Shown piece by piece: positions 18,553-27,834 of a DNA stretch of 64,000 nucleotides. Under the pieces are notes generated by a model that was given only the letters and a program-made list of their open reading frames with translations, was not told the DNA's origin and did not search any database. Origin of the DNA: a virus; IMG/VR virus record IMGVR_UViG_3300047498_000060, positions 119,296 to 183,295 of that record; one strand, written 5' to 3'. The position numbers and the translations under genes were made by a program. The number at the start of each line of letters is the position of its first letter. Position 1 is the first letter of the stretch.

Positions 18553-19845
18553 TCAAGCGAGAACATCCGGGTTGCCGCCGGTGTTAGTACCAAACACCTT
18601 GCCTGTGAGGAGCAGGTTTCCTGGTGTCGGTAGGATCTGCATCGTGCCCGTCACAGGCCCTCCAGTAGGAGGAAACGCAGGCGCCGTAAATATGACCTGC
18701 ATCAGAGGTGAAGTCGCCGTGAATGGTTGCGTAGGATCTATGGGCGTTGTTACGACGTCACCCTGTCTGACTACCGGCAACGTTCCGGCGCCTAGGCGTA
18801 CAACCTTCCCCTTGATAGCCGTGTAGGACCCTCCGTCGATGTCGATGCCGTTGACGGCGGTCACCGAGATGGAGTCCTTGCACGTAAGCGTCACGGTGCC
18901 GGTGACGTCGAAGGTGAGATTCTTCGTAACCTGGAAGTAGAAGTTGCCGGCGAAACGCGCGAGCCCGTTGCCCTGCCGATCGAAGGTGAACTTCATCACC
19001 GAGGCTGCGACCGCACCGCTCAGGACCTCGCCCGTCTGGGTGTTGAAGCCCTTCGGTGAGACAGTCACCTCATAGACGATGGGGTTGCCCCCCTTACCGT
19101 CATCGCCAGCGCCCACGCCTGCGGTGCCGATGCCCGTCGAGTCGGGCTCGGGGATCGGGTTGGTCACGTAGCCGGACGCGATCTTGATGTCGGCAGCTGC
19201 GTCGTTCGCGAACACACGCAGCGTCTGCATGTACGTCGCGGGGTACTGCGAGATGGAGGGCCCCACCTGGATGCCCCACGCTATGGTGCCACCCGCGTTG
19301 TCGTGCTCGTAGTTCTGGCTGATGTCGATGACCTGGTTGTTCAGCGGAATGAAGATGCGCTGAGCGAGCTCGGTAGAGCCGATCTGCAAGACACCGCCGC
19401 GGCGCAGGATGACGAAGTTGTCGTCACGCGTACGCACCCAGATGTCCCCCGGGTTGGCCGGAGGACGCCCTCCTGCAAAGCTCGAGTCTGTTGAGTTCGC
19501 TACCGGAGCTCCGTGTGAGGCGGTGCCTTGCGGCGCGTCTTCCGTGGAGGCGTCGACGGTCTCCGACGCCATGACGAAGCACAGCACGAACGGCGGCGAG
19601 GTATCGCTGGGGAGGGCGACCATGACCGTCGCGTTCACCTCAGGCATCACGTAAACGCCCTCACCGTTCGAGTGGTGCAGGTAGGGCGAGCCGACCGAGA
19701 TGCCCTTGTAGAACGTACGATCGAACTGTCCCTGGACATCGACCGTCCAGTTGTTCAGGTTGTAGTTCACAACCTTGCCTTGGACGATCCGACCCGCATC
19801 GTGCCCCTGCCGGCCCGTGAAGGAGGTACGAAACTTCGAGGCCAC
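18553..19845 (-). CDS. Baseplate central spike (gpV/gp5-like), possibly with fused PAAR-like tip
   Basis: N-terminal OB-like region (GKVV...GVYVMPEVNATVMV), beta-repeat stretch (LTFDVTGTVTLT), C-terminal VVRQGD...GGNPDVLA. Confidence 0.7.
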   Translation of the reverse strand: MASKFRTSFTGRQGHDAGRIVQGKVVNYNLNNWTVDVQGQFDRTFYKGISVGSPYLHHSNGEGVYVMPEVNATVMVALPSDTSPPFVLCFVMASETVDASTEDAPQGTASHGAPVANSTDSSFAGGRPPANPGDIWVRTRDDNFVILRRGGVLQIGSTELAQRIFIPLNNQVIDISQNYEHDNAGGTIAWGIQVGPSISQYPATYMQTLRVFANDAAADIKIASGYVTNPIPEPDSTGIGTAGVGAGDDGKGGNPIVYEVTVSPKGFNTQTGEVLSGAVAASVMKFTFDRQGNGLARFAGNFYFQVTKNLTFDVTGTVTLTCKDSISVTAVNGIDIDGGSYTAIKGKVVRLGAGTLPVVRQGDVVTTPIDPTQPFTATSPLMQVIFTAPAFPPTGGPVTGTMQILPTPGNLLLTGKVFGTNTGGNPDVLA

Positions 19846-19851
19846 GGGCTG

Positions 19852-19857
19852 ACTCTA
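19852..19857 (-). promoter_or_regulatory. -10-like TAGAGT, 6 nt before GTG
   Basis: Same geometry as the 8446 and 35595 sites, but overlaps a possible GAGGT RBS. Confidence 0.35.
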
Positions 19858-19859
19858 CC

Positions 19860-22800
19860 TCAGTAATGGTGCGGAGCGACGTCTTTGAGGTGACCTTGGC
19901 CCGGAACAAGAGAGTCCTTCTTCGTTAGGCCTACCTCAGCCCCAAACGCAAGGGCCGGGATCGGATGCGTGCCATGCACAAGGGAGACGCCATGGACGGC
20001 CGCAGCCTCCTGGAGCGTTTCGCGCAGGTGGTTGTGCTGCAACTTCGCCATCCAGTCCTCGTGGAGTCCGCGCGGCATGATGTCGATGCCTTTGAGAACG
20101 GGGCTGTGTTCGATGGGCGCCTTGCCGGCGCGAATGAGCTCCTCGTTCATCTTCCGAACAACAGGGAGCGGACGGAACTCTCCACGCAGGACAGTGTCGT
20201 GGTCACCTGGGTCTTCCACACGCGTGAGGCTGCCCATCGACTTCACCACCATCTCGATAGCGCGGCGCTTGAGACCCTCGTTCTTGTAAAGGTCAAAGAT
20301 GGCCCCGGTCAGATGGTTCTGGACCTTGTCCATAGAGCCCGTGGCCGCAAAGAGATGGTGCGGATTCACCACAGTACGATTCGGATCGGAGAGGTTCTGC
20401 CCGGCCTCGACCTTCATCCCCACCTTCGGCGGGAACCAGGACTTGTAGCCAGCGATCACCGAGGCCCCTGGGAGGTTCTCGTGCAGGGCAAAGCCGCCGG
20501 CGTCCTTGCCGACGTGGTGCTTGCGTCCGCCCACGAAGATGTCCACGCCCGTCGCAGTCGGCTGGATCTTGTCGATGGTTCCTGCAGCGCCGGCGATGGT
20601 CGCCTGATTCGCAAGCTTCTTCGGCAGCCGTAGGAGGTTGTCGAAGTGTGCGAAGGCGCTGAGCAGCTTCGAGCCACCCTGCTCGCTGACGCCTCCAGTG
20701 TGGAAGCTCTTGAGGGTAAGCTGCACCGCGCGCTCTCCGACGGCGTGTGCGGCCTGCACACCGACGTTGGTGCCGAGCTCGTAGTGCTGCCCGCCCGAGG
20801 TCAGGCCTGCACACTTCTGGCAAACGCCATGCTCTTCCTCGCATTTCAGCGGCGAACGCACCACGATGCTGGCATGCGGGTCAGCCGCGCGGATCTTCCC
20901 GACCTCCGCCGGCGTGAGCATCGTGCCCGCAGCGATGTGTGTGTTGCCGTGGTTGAAGTCCTGTTGGAGGTAGCGGTCGTGGACGTCGGGCTCGTTGATG
21001 TCGAGCGCAACGCCTTCCTTCGTCCCACAGTCGTGACTGTTGACAAGCACGTTCACCATGCTCTGCATCAGCACCTTCGAGAGGGCGCCGGGCTTCTCGA
21101 CTTCCTGCACCTTCATCACAGCGCCGCGGCGAGCTCCGTGCATCTGGGTCCAGTAGCTACCCATGTCGAGCCCCTCGGAGTAACTCTTCGTGACGGCGTT
21201 CGGGATGGGACGGTCGTGCGCGTCACGGTAGATCATAGGCGCCAGTACCATCTGCCGGTACTGATCCCACCCTGGCTTCACGCCGGCCTTGTACATCGTG
21301 AAGAGGTTGCTGGGATGTTCCTCTTGACTCTTCACGTGCAGCGCCTTCATCTCCGCAGCTGCCTCGTTGTACAGAGCGACGACCTGGTGATCCTTCTGCG
21401 CCTGCGTCAGCTTCGTGCTGGCTGCGACTTGCTTGACCTTCTCTTCGATCGGCTTGAGCGCCTTCTCTCGAGAAACCACGTCCGGTACGAAGTCCTTGAG
21501 TGAGAGGGAGTGCGTAGGCATCGGGACGAAGATGCTCTTGTGCGGATCAAGCGCAGCGTTGTGGACCCCTCCCTTCCCGAACTCGAACGGGTGACCCATA
21601 CCTGTGGGGCGCGGGACCAACACGGAGCCGAAGGCCGCCCCGTTGCCGAGGTCCTTGAGTTTGTTGACGGAGCTGTCGTAGCTCGCGGTGTGCTCACGCG
21701 CGATGCGGGTGAGTAGCTTGTCGAGCCCCTTCGTGCCGCCCTCTTTCGCGCCTGCGTTGTCCAGGCGGTATTTCATGTCGTGCATCATGTGCGACTCGAG
21801 GTCGGGCGGCACCGCGCTGGACAGGAGCACGCGCCCTGGCGTCGTCATGCCGCCAGGAAGGTGGACCTGGTCGGTCATCTCAATGTGGCCCTTCTGCACA
21901 GCAGACAGCACCTCCGCAGGGTTCCCGTACTTCTTCCCTGTGTCCTTGCCGACCACCGAGAGCTTGTAGAGACCGAGTGCGCTCTCGAGCGTGGGCTGGT
22001 ACATGCTCTTGCCCGAGGCATCGCTGAAGAGATTGTTCGAGGGGAACATCTTCCGCGCCTCAGCCTTGGCTGCCTCTGTGATGGGCACGTACGCGCTCAT
22101 CGTGTCGCCGTCGAAGTCCGCGTTGAAGCCGCCAGTCACGAGAGGGTGGATCTTGATGGCGTTGCCTTCGACCGCGCGCGCCTTGAAGGCCTGGATGCTG
22201 TACTTGTGCAGAACCGGATCGCGCTTCAGGAGCACGGGATGGTCTGCCATCACCTTGTCGAGCGCCTTCCAGACCTGCGGAGTTGGCTTCGCAAGCAGGG
22301 GCGGCGCATCGAGCTCCGAGCCAATGGCTCCCATCTCCTTGAGCTTCCGCACCACGAAGGGCCGAAACAAGTTGAGCGCGGCGTTCTTCGGCAGACCCAC
22401 CTCATCGAGACCGAGCGCAGGCTCAGGCACGATGGTGGAGCGCATCGAGAGATCCTGACGACGGCTCAGGAGCACATTCTGAAAGTAGCCGTACTTCGGT
22501 GAGCTCCCAGCGATGCGATGGAGGATACCCTTCTCCTTGGCGTCCGCGTACGGCGTGCCGACGCCCATGAGCGCCTTCACTCCGTCGTAGTAGTCGACGC
22601 GCAGGTCCCGCTTACCGGTCTCTAGGATGTCCCGCTTGATGACCGGATCCTTGAGCTCGTCGTTGACCTTCGCGAAGTCTGAATAGAGCTGGTTCAAGTC
22701 ATCTGGCTTCAGGCTTCCGTCGGGCATCGGGGTGATAGGGCGCATCACCGGGGGGAGCACAGGCAGGTGGTGGAGCACGTACGCCTCGCTGGGCTTCAGC

Positions 22801-25800
22801 TTGAGGTCATGAAGCGCTCGCAAGAACTTCACTCGCTTCAGCGCCGGGTCGATCTTCGCCCCCGTCGCGCGATCGAGCGCCACTTGGGCAGGGCCAATCT
22901 CCTTACGCACATCTACGCGATCGAGGAGGAGCTTGATGCCCGCGCCACCGGTGGTGCCCTTGTTGGGGTCGGTCAGCTGCCCAGTGGGAGTCACGCCCTT
23001 CTCCCCATGAACGATGGCCTGGAAGTCCTTCTTGCCGATCTGGGCCACACTACAGATGGCCTTCTCGAAGAAGGGATTGGGCAGCGGTTCCGCGAGCTCG
23101 ATGTGCGTCCAGTGACGCCCCCCGTGTCCGCCTGTAAGACGCTCGTCGAAGAGCCCCCCGGTGCGGGGCTTGAGTTCCCCCTTCGAGTCGAGCTTCGTGT
23201 TGAGCCGCTCGGCTGCGTGGGTCAATGCCTTTGGTGCGAGCTCGAGGACCTGCGCGTCCGTCATCGGAGAGAGCGAGATGCTGTGACCGACCTTGTCCAC
23301 ATTCACGCCGGTCGCCCGAAGCATGTCGGTGAACTTCTGGTAGGCGAAGGTCGGCTTCGGCGGTGGGATGAGTCCTCCCGACTGGATCGCCGCCCAGATC
23401 TTGTTGTGGTCGCTCGGCCATGCCTTGCGTGGGTCGGTCTGCGGGTCCACACCCTCGGACTTGTACGTCTGCATCTCGCGCAGGTTGGCTTTCGCTCCGT
23501 GCGCCAGGAGCGCGTAGAGATCGAGGCCACCGATGGAAGGACCGCCCGTGCCGGAGCCGCCCACGGGCTGCAGGTTCAGATCGTAGCCCTCAGGCTGCAT
23601 CCCCGGGATGTTCATCCCGCTGCGCACCGAGAGCTTCTTCTCGACCTGATGGACGAGCTTCAGTAGGTGTTGCGGACCCACGAGTGCCTTGCCCAGAGAC
23701 TGGTGCGTGTGGGGATCGAAGAGCTCCTCGGTGTCCTCGAGGCCGTGAGCCTTGAGGTCCGCGGTCACCTTCTCGAGCGCGTTGAACTTCGGCTGGAAGT
23801 TCTGGACGACGTACGGCTTGCCCGTCTTCAGCGCGATCTTCCCTGCGGCCGTCTCGAGGACCTGGCCCACGTTCATGCGACCGGGCACCCCCGAGGGATT
23901 GAGTGCGACCTCGACGTGCTTGCCGTCCTTTGTATGAGGCATCTCCTTGTCGGGGAGGATCATCGTGCAAATGCCTTTGTTGCCGTAGCGCCCGGCGAGC
24001 TTGTCGCCCACCTGCATGGGCTCGACAGTCCGCACATGCACCGTCACCCCCTCCTTGGTGTGGTGCACGCCGACGACCTGACCATCGAACTCACTGTCCC
24101 ACCGCAGACTCTTGTCCACGTGCGCAGCAGCCATCACCTTGCGGACCGCGGCCATCCCCGTGCGGTCCTTTAGCTGATAGGGCTTCATCGCGGTGATGAG
24201 CGGGTCACCTGGCTTGACCGTCTGGCCAACACGGATGACGCCCTTGTCGTCGAGCTTGTCGAACTGCTTCGTGTTGTAGAGCCCGTGGTGCTCCAACATG
24301 AAGCGCTTCTTGTCGAGCACCAGCGTGTCCTCGAGTGGCAACGAGGGCTTGTGCATGTGCGCGCTAGATAGGGCCTCTGCTGCACTCTGGCTGATGACGA
24401 CGCCGTCCTCGAAGTTGTACCCCTTGAACGGGATGTACGCGACGCGCAGGTTCGTGCCGAGCGCGAGGATGCCCTTCTTCGAGTAGTTCGTGTCCGCGAC
24501 CACCTGGTTCTTCTTCACGCGGTCGCCGACAGCGACGATGGGGGTGGAATCGAGCACCCCCTTCGCCTCGTTGACCGGGAAGTTGTGGTAAATCTGGACC
24601 TCGTGCTTCTCCCCTGTGTCGCTATGAATGGTCACGCCCTGTGGAGTCACTGCGACGACCTTGCCGTCCGCCGGCGACGTGTGTGAGGTGAGCCCTCCCA
24701 TGAGACGCTCGAAGGTCTGACCGCCTTCGGTGCTCGCCCCTGTGCCGACCTGTACAAGCGCGGGTTCGCGATGCACGAGAGAGATGGCCTGCTCCATGTG
24801 CCGGCTCGCCATAGAGGCGCGTCCACCAGAGGTGTTCGCCAGGAACGGCAGCAGGTTCGACGTCATGTTGAAGAGCTGGCTGGGATAGCGGACAGCGTAC
24901 TGCGCGTTCGAGAACTTCCCCTGCCGCACGTCATCCCCGCCACCAGTCATCTGCACCATGTCGCCGATGGGGTGCGGCCTGCCGTCTACCCAGTGCACCT
25001 GATCTGGCAGCACGATGTGGACCTTGGAGGCTTCCCCCGGAGAGACCAGATCGTACTTGCCGGTCTTTAGGTTGTAGAGACGAATGCGAGCTTCGCCGCG
25101 CGACTCTCCGCTCACAAGTCGATCGACTTTCTGCAGCCCGAAAGGAAGACGCAGTGTCACGCCAGTGGACGCGCCTTCGGGGGTGTTGATGGGATCGAGG
25201 AAGCCTAGGTGGCTGGCGTTGATGAACTTCACCTCGTCTTTGATCTGTCGGTCGCTCTGGATGCCGCCAGGCCCCATGACTGTGGTCTGGAAGGATGCGG
25301 CTAGCATCTCCACCGGGTTGATCTGCGCAGCCGGTCCGGCCGCTGCGTTCTTCTGGAACGTCTCCAAGATGGGCTTGTTGAACATCCCGATCTGGACAAC
25401 GTCACGGACATTCTTCGCTTGGTTGATCTTGGCAGAGATCTTCCGCTGGATGACCTTCCGTCCCGCCTCTAGAATACGGTCGTGCGCGAAGTCTCCTACC
25501 GAGCGCAGATCCTTGAAGATGAGCGACTCGCGATCGTCCTCCTTCGCACCGCCCTGCACGCGTAGGAGCTTCTCTGTCGCACGCTGCAGTGCATCCCCAG
25601 TTACGTGCTCGAACGGCTTGCCCAATGTGAGCTCCGTCGAATCGGGGCGCAGCACGGAGGCAGTCATCGTATCGTAGAAGTGAGCTGCCGCAGTCTCGTG
25701 ATCCGGAGCTGCGACTTTCTTCGTGCTCTTGTAGAAGGCAGCGAGAGCGCCGTCCTTCTTCGCGGCGTTCTTGTTCGCTTCGTAGACCTCTTTGCCCCAG

Positions 25801-26369
25801 GCCTTCTCGAGCTGCGCGTCATCGACGCCGAGCGTCTTCACAAGCTGATAGAGCGGGATCTTGCTTGAGCTCTTCCCGTACTCCATGTGGAAGACCTTGG
25901 TGTCGGGATTGAACACCACGTCGAAGCTCTTGCGGTTCTTGATGTTGAACTGCGTCTCGAGCTCTCCGTTGAGACGCCGCTGCGTGTACACGCCTGACTT
26001 CAGCTGCCACTGGTTGTTGACCTGATATTCCTTGGCGCCACTGCGCGACGAGACGATGTACGAGTACCGGTTCGTCATCTTCGGGATGTCGGCGATGCGC
26101 ATCTTGCGCGAGTCCACGACATTGCCCGTCGCGTTGTCACGCAGGGTGAGGTTGGCGTACACAGGCACGGACCACGTCTCGCCGGCGAGCTTGTGCGCGT
26201 GCTGGTCGCGGATGTCCGATGGATCCTTGTCGTCCTTGATGCTCAGCCCATCGAGGTGGAGCGACTGAGTCTTCCCCTTGATGACGCCATCCGGGAACTG
26301 ACTCTTGATCCCCTCGAGCACGCGCTGCTGGAGGTTCTCGGATGCTTCTTTGGGGTCCAGGTAGGCCAA
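19860..26369 (-). CDS. rpoBC: Single-polypeptide DNA-directed RNA polymerase, beta-beta' fusion
   Basis: Beta motifs NTPEG, GYNFEDG, GDKLAGRYGNKG, NPSGVPGRMNVGQ, KLVHQV. Beta' motifs RDPVLH, NADFDGD (22104-22124), GARRG, RSPLKC..GVCQKC, QLTLKSFHTGG. Start set at TTG 26369 with GAGGT RBS (track start 26417). Confidence 0.97.
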   Translation of the reverse strand: MAYLDPKEASENLQQRVLEGIKSQFPDGVIKGKTQSLHLDGLSIKDDKDPSDIRDQHAHKLAGETWSVPVYANLTLRDNATGNVVDSRKMRIADIPKMTNRYSYIVSSRSGAKEYQVNNQWQLKSGVYTQRRLNGELETQFNIKNRKSFDVVFNPDTKVFHMEYGKSSSKIPLYQLVKTLGVDDAQLEKAWGKEVYEANKNAAKKDGALAAFYKSTKKVAAPDHETAAAHFYDTMTASVLRPDSTELTLGKPFEHVTGDALQRATEKLLRVQGGAKEDDRESLIFKDLRSVGDFAHDRILEAGRKVIQRKISAKINQAKNVRDVVQIGMFNKPILETFQKNAAAGPAAQINPVEMLAASFQTTVMGPGGIQSDRQIKDEVKFINASHLGFLDPINTPEGASTGVTLRLPFGLQKVDRLVSGESRGEARIRLYNLKTGKYDLVSPGEASKVHIVLPDQVHWVDGRPHPIGDMVQMTGGGDDVRQGKFSNAQYAVRYPSQLFNMTSNLLPFLANTSGGRASMASRHMEQAISLVHREPALVQVGTGASTEGGQTFERLMGGLTSHTSPADGKVVAVTPQGVTIHSDTGEKHEVQIYHNFPVNEAKGVLDSTPIVAVGDRVKKNQVVADTNYSKKGILALGTNLRVAYIPFKGYNFEDGVVISQSAAEALSSAHMHKPSLPLEDTLVLDKKRFMLEHHGLYNTKQFDKLDDKGVIRVGQTVKPGDPLITAMKPYQLKDRTGMAAVRKVMAAAHVDKSLRWDSEFDGQVVGVHHTKEGVTVHVRTVEPMQVGDKLAGRYGNKGICTMILPDKEMPHTKDGKHVEVALNPSGVPGRMNVGQVLETAAGKIALKTGKPYVVQNFQPKFNALEKVTADLKAHGLEDTEELFDPHTHQSLGKALVGPQHLLKLVHQVEKKLSVRSGMNIPGMQPEGYDLNLQPVGGSGTGGPSIGGLDLYALLAHGAKANLREMQTYKSEGVDPQTDPRKAWPSDHNKIWAAIQSGGLIPPPKPTFAYQKFTDMLRATGVNVDKVGHSISLSPMTDAQVLELAPKALTHAAERLNTKLDSKGELKPRTGGLFDERLTGGHGGRHWTHIELAEPLPNPFFEKAICSVAQIGKKDFQAIVHGEKGVTPTGQLTDPNKGTTGGAGIKLLLDRVDVRKEIGPAQVALDRATGAKIDPALKRVKFLRALHDLKLKPSEAYVLHHLPVLPPVMRPITPMPDGSLKPDDLNQLYSDFAKVNDELKDPVIKRDILETGKRDLRVDYYDGVKALMGVGTPYADAKEKGILHRIAGSSPKYGYFQNVLLSRRQDLSMRSTIVPEPALGLDEVGLPKNAALNLFRPFVVRKLKEMGAIGSELDAPPLLAKPTPQVWKALDKVMADHPVLLKRDPVLHKYSIQAFKARAVEGNAIKIHPLVTGGFNADFDGDTMSAYVPITEAAKAEARKMFPSNNLFSDASGKSMYQPTLESALGLYKLSVVGKDTGKKYGNPAEVLSAVQKGHIEMTDQVHLPGGMTTPGRVLLSSAVPPDLESHMMHDMKYRLDNAGAKEGGTKGLDKLLTRIAREHTASYDSSVNKLKDLGNGAAFGSVLVPRPTGMGHPFEFGKGGVHNAALDPHKSIFVPMPTHSLSLKDFVPDVVSREKALKPIEEKVKQVAASTKLTQAQKDHQVVALYNEAAAEMKALHVKSQEEHPSNLFTMYKAGVKPGWDQYRQMVLAPMIYRDAHDRPIPNAVTKSYSEGLDMGSYWTQMHGARRGAVMKVQEVEKPGALSKVLMQSMVNVLVNSHDCGTKEGVALDINEPDVHDRYLQQDFNHGNTHIAAGTMLTPAEVGKIRAADPHASIVVRSPLKCEEEHGVCQKCAGLTSGGQHYELGTNVGVQAAHAVGERAVQLTLKSFHTGGVSEQGGSKLLSAFAHFDNLLRLPKKLANQATIAGAAGTIDKIQPTATGVDIFVGGRKHHVGKDAGGFALHENLPGASVIAGYKSWFPPKVGMKVEAGQNLSDPNRTVVNPHHLFAATGSMDKVQNHLTGAIFDLYKNEGLKRRAIEMVVKSMGSLTRVEDPGDHDTVLRGEFRPLPVVRKMNEELIRAGKAPIEHSPVLKGIDIMPRGLHEDWMAKLQHNHLRETLQEAAAVHGVSLVHGTHPIPALAFGAEVGLTKKDSLVPGQGHLKDVAPHHY

Positions 26370-26387
26370 CGGATGTACCTCAGCTTC

Positions 26388-26417
26388 AGCGTACCGCGCG
26401 GCAGGAAAGCGGTGCAA
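26388..26417 (-). promoter_or_regulatory. sigma70-like promoter TTGCAC-18-TACGCT for RNAP gene
   Basis: At a divergent junction, with the same -10 hexamer as the 17239 site. Confidence 0.55.
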
Positions 26418-26449
26418 GCAACGCGTGGATGCGGGGACAAGGATCTTGC

Positions 26450-26587
26450 ATGAAACAGACGCCTAAGCAGCAACCACCTACACAAGGCGCTCGCTTCGCA
26501 GACCTCATCGCGGAGATGTTCGAGCCCAGAAAGAACAACAAGCAGAAGACAGAAGAAGAAGAGAAGCGAGATAAGAAAACTGCGTGA
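26450..26587 (+). CDS. Small charged hypothetical protein
   Basis: ATG 26450 (MKQTPKQQPP...), with GTGA overlap to the next ORF. Confidence 0.4.
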   Translation: MKQTPKQQPPTQGARFADLIAEMFEPRKNNKQKTEEEEKRDKKTA

Positions 26588-26775
26588 ACACGCTCTGGAA
26601 GTTCTTCATCGCGGGCCTTCTGAATGGACTCATGATCTGGATGCGCGAACGACTCAAGGAGGATGATGCTGCTCAACGTTTACGAAACGCGTCCGGAAGT
26701 AGTTCCGGGAACGCGTCGACTGGAGGCGGACTTCGGGATCCAAGGCCAACGCCTCCGGGACCTGTACAACGCTGA
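26584..26775 (+). CDS. Small protein with N-terminal hydrophobic helix
   Basis: LWKFFIAGLLNGLMIW; overlaps the next gene extensively. Confidence 0.35.
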   Translation: MNTLWKFFIAGLLNGLMIWMRERLKEDDAAQRLRNASGSSSGNASTGGGLRDPRPTPPGPVQR

Positions 26776-27253
26776 ACGGTACTGGGAGGTGGGCGAGTCC
26801 TACCTTCCTTTCTACGGCCGCGCTCTCGGCGGCATACGCGTGAAGCTCACGGACCAGAAGGGCTTCATCACGTTCTGCAACCAGCGGGACTTAGAGGTGC
26901 TTCTGGGAATGGCCCGCCCCGGCGATTGGTGCCGCTGGGCGGGCGAGGAATACGTGGCGCCTGACCACGAGAAGTGGATGGGCCTCTGCTGCGATGATGC
27001 TGACGTGGAGGACGTGTTGTTCGGAGCCGAGATGACGCTCCGACAGTACAGCCAGTACAACGGCTGGCTCGTTCCTCCGATGGACGTGGAGTTCCGTATC
27101 CACGTCGAAACTGGGTACGACGTCGAGGAGACGCACGTACTCGTCATGGACCACGACCCCACGACGGGGTTGGGTCCGGACACACAGCTCGAGACGCTCT
27201 ATCGCCGATGGGCGCGCTCAGAAAGGAGGCGTATTCAATGGAACCGGGTCTGA
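26663..27253 (+). CDS. Hypothetical protein
   Basis: 196 aa, AAGGAGG next to the start, typical codon bias. Confidence 0.65.
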   Translation: MMLLNVYETRPEVVPGTRRLEADFGIQGQRLRDLYNAERYWEVGESYLPFYGRALGGIRVKLTDQKGFITFCNQRDLEVLLGMARPGDWCRWAGEEYVAPDHEKWMGLCCDDADVEDVLFGAEMTLRQYSQYNGWLVPPMDVEFRIHVETGYDVEETHVLVMDHDPTTGLGPDTQLETLYRRWARSERRRIQWNRV

Positions 27254-27834
27254 CTCTTCCCCCTGCGCCCCGGCGCGATTCGGGCAACAACTGCGTCGAT
27301 CCTGACTGCGACGCAACTTTGTTCTACGGCAACGAAGTCGTCCGCATTCAAGTCGTCCTCGTGCAACGAGGAGACGGCGAGATGCACCAGTACCCGGTCA
27401 TCGACGAGGACGACCCTGCTCGGGACTTCTTATTCGAGCCGTACTACTTCTGCATGGACTGCTGGAGCAAAACCTACGAGTTCGCGAAAACCGAACTCAA
27501 GGATCAGCTCCCAATCACTGACGCATACAGCGTCTTCGACTGCTCCTTCTGCGCGAGCGGCATCCGCGAAGTGAAAGAGTACACGGGCGTCGCCGAGATC
27601 GGAGAGTTCGAGCTCTCCCGGCGTGCGCCGGACGGCCTGAGAGGGCCGCTCTTCGTAGTCACAGCAAAGCCGATGCTCCTCTGCATCAGCTGCCTCCAGC
27701 TCGTCAACGAGGGTTACATCGAGCTCTGGTCGAACCTCTCGCAAAACGGCGAGTGCATCGACTGCTGCACCGCGCGCTGCTGGCGCGCTCCCTGTTCCTG
27801 TACCTGCCACTCCGACGAAGAGACCTCCGCATGA
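27238..27834 (+). CDS. Cys-rich multi-zinc-finger hypothetical protein
   Basis: AGGAGG RBS, ATG 27238. CMDC, CSFC, CISC, CIDCCTARCWRAPCSCTCH. Confidence 0.7.
   Translation: MEPGLTLPPAPRRDSGNNCVDPDCDATLFYGNEVVRIQVVLVQRGDGEMHQYPVIDEDDPARDFLFEPYYFCMDCWSKTYEFAKTELKDQLPITDAYSVFDCSFCASGIREVKEYTGVAEIGEFELSRRAPDGLRGPLFVVTAKPMLLCISCLQLVNEGYIELWSNLSQNGECIDCCTARCWRAPCSCTCHSDEETSA

Noticed and set aside
19860-26369. RNAP as host chromosomal rpoBC (bacterial contig or prophage flank)
   Set aside because: No ribosomal protein genes nearby, the enzyme is reduced and divergent, and it is flanked by virion genes.
26568-26578. GAGATAAGAA matching the candidate early promoter motif
   Set aside because: It lies in a Lys/Arg-rich coding stretch and may be coincidental, so it was not counted.
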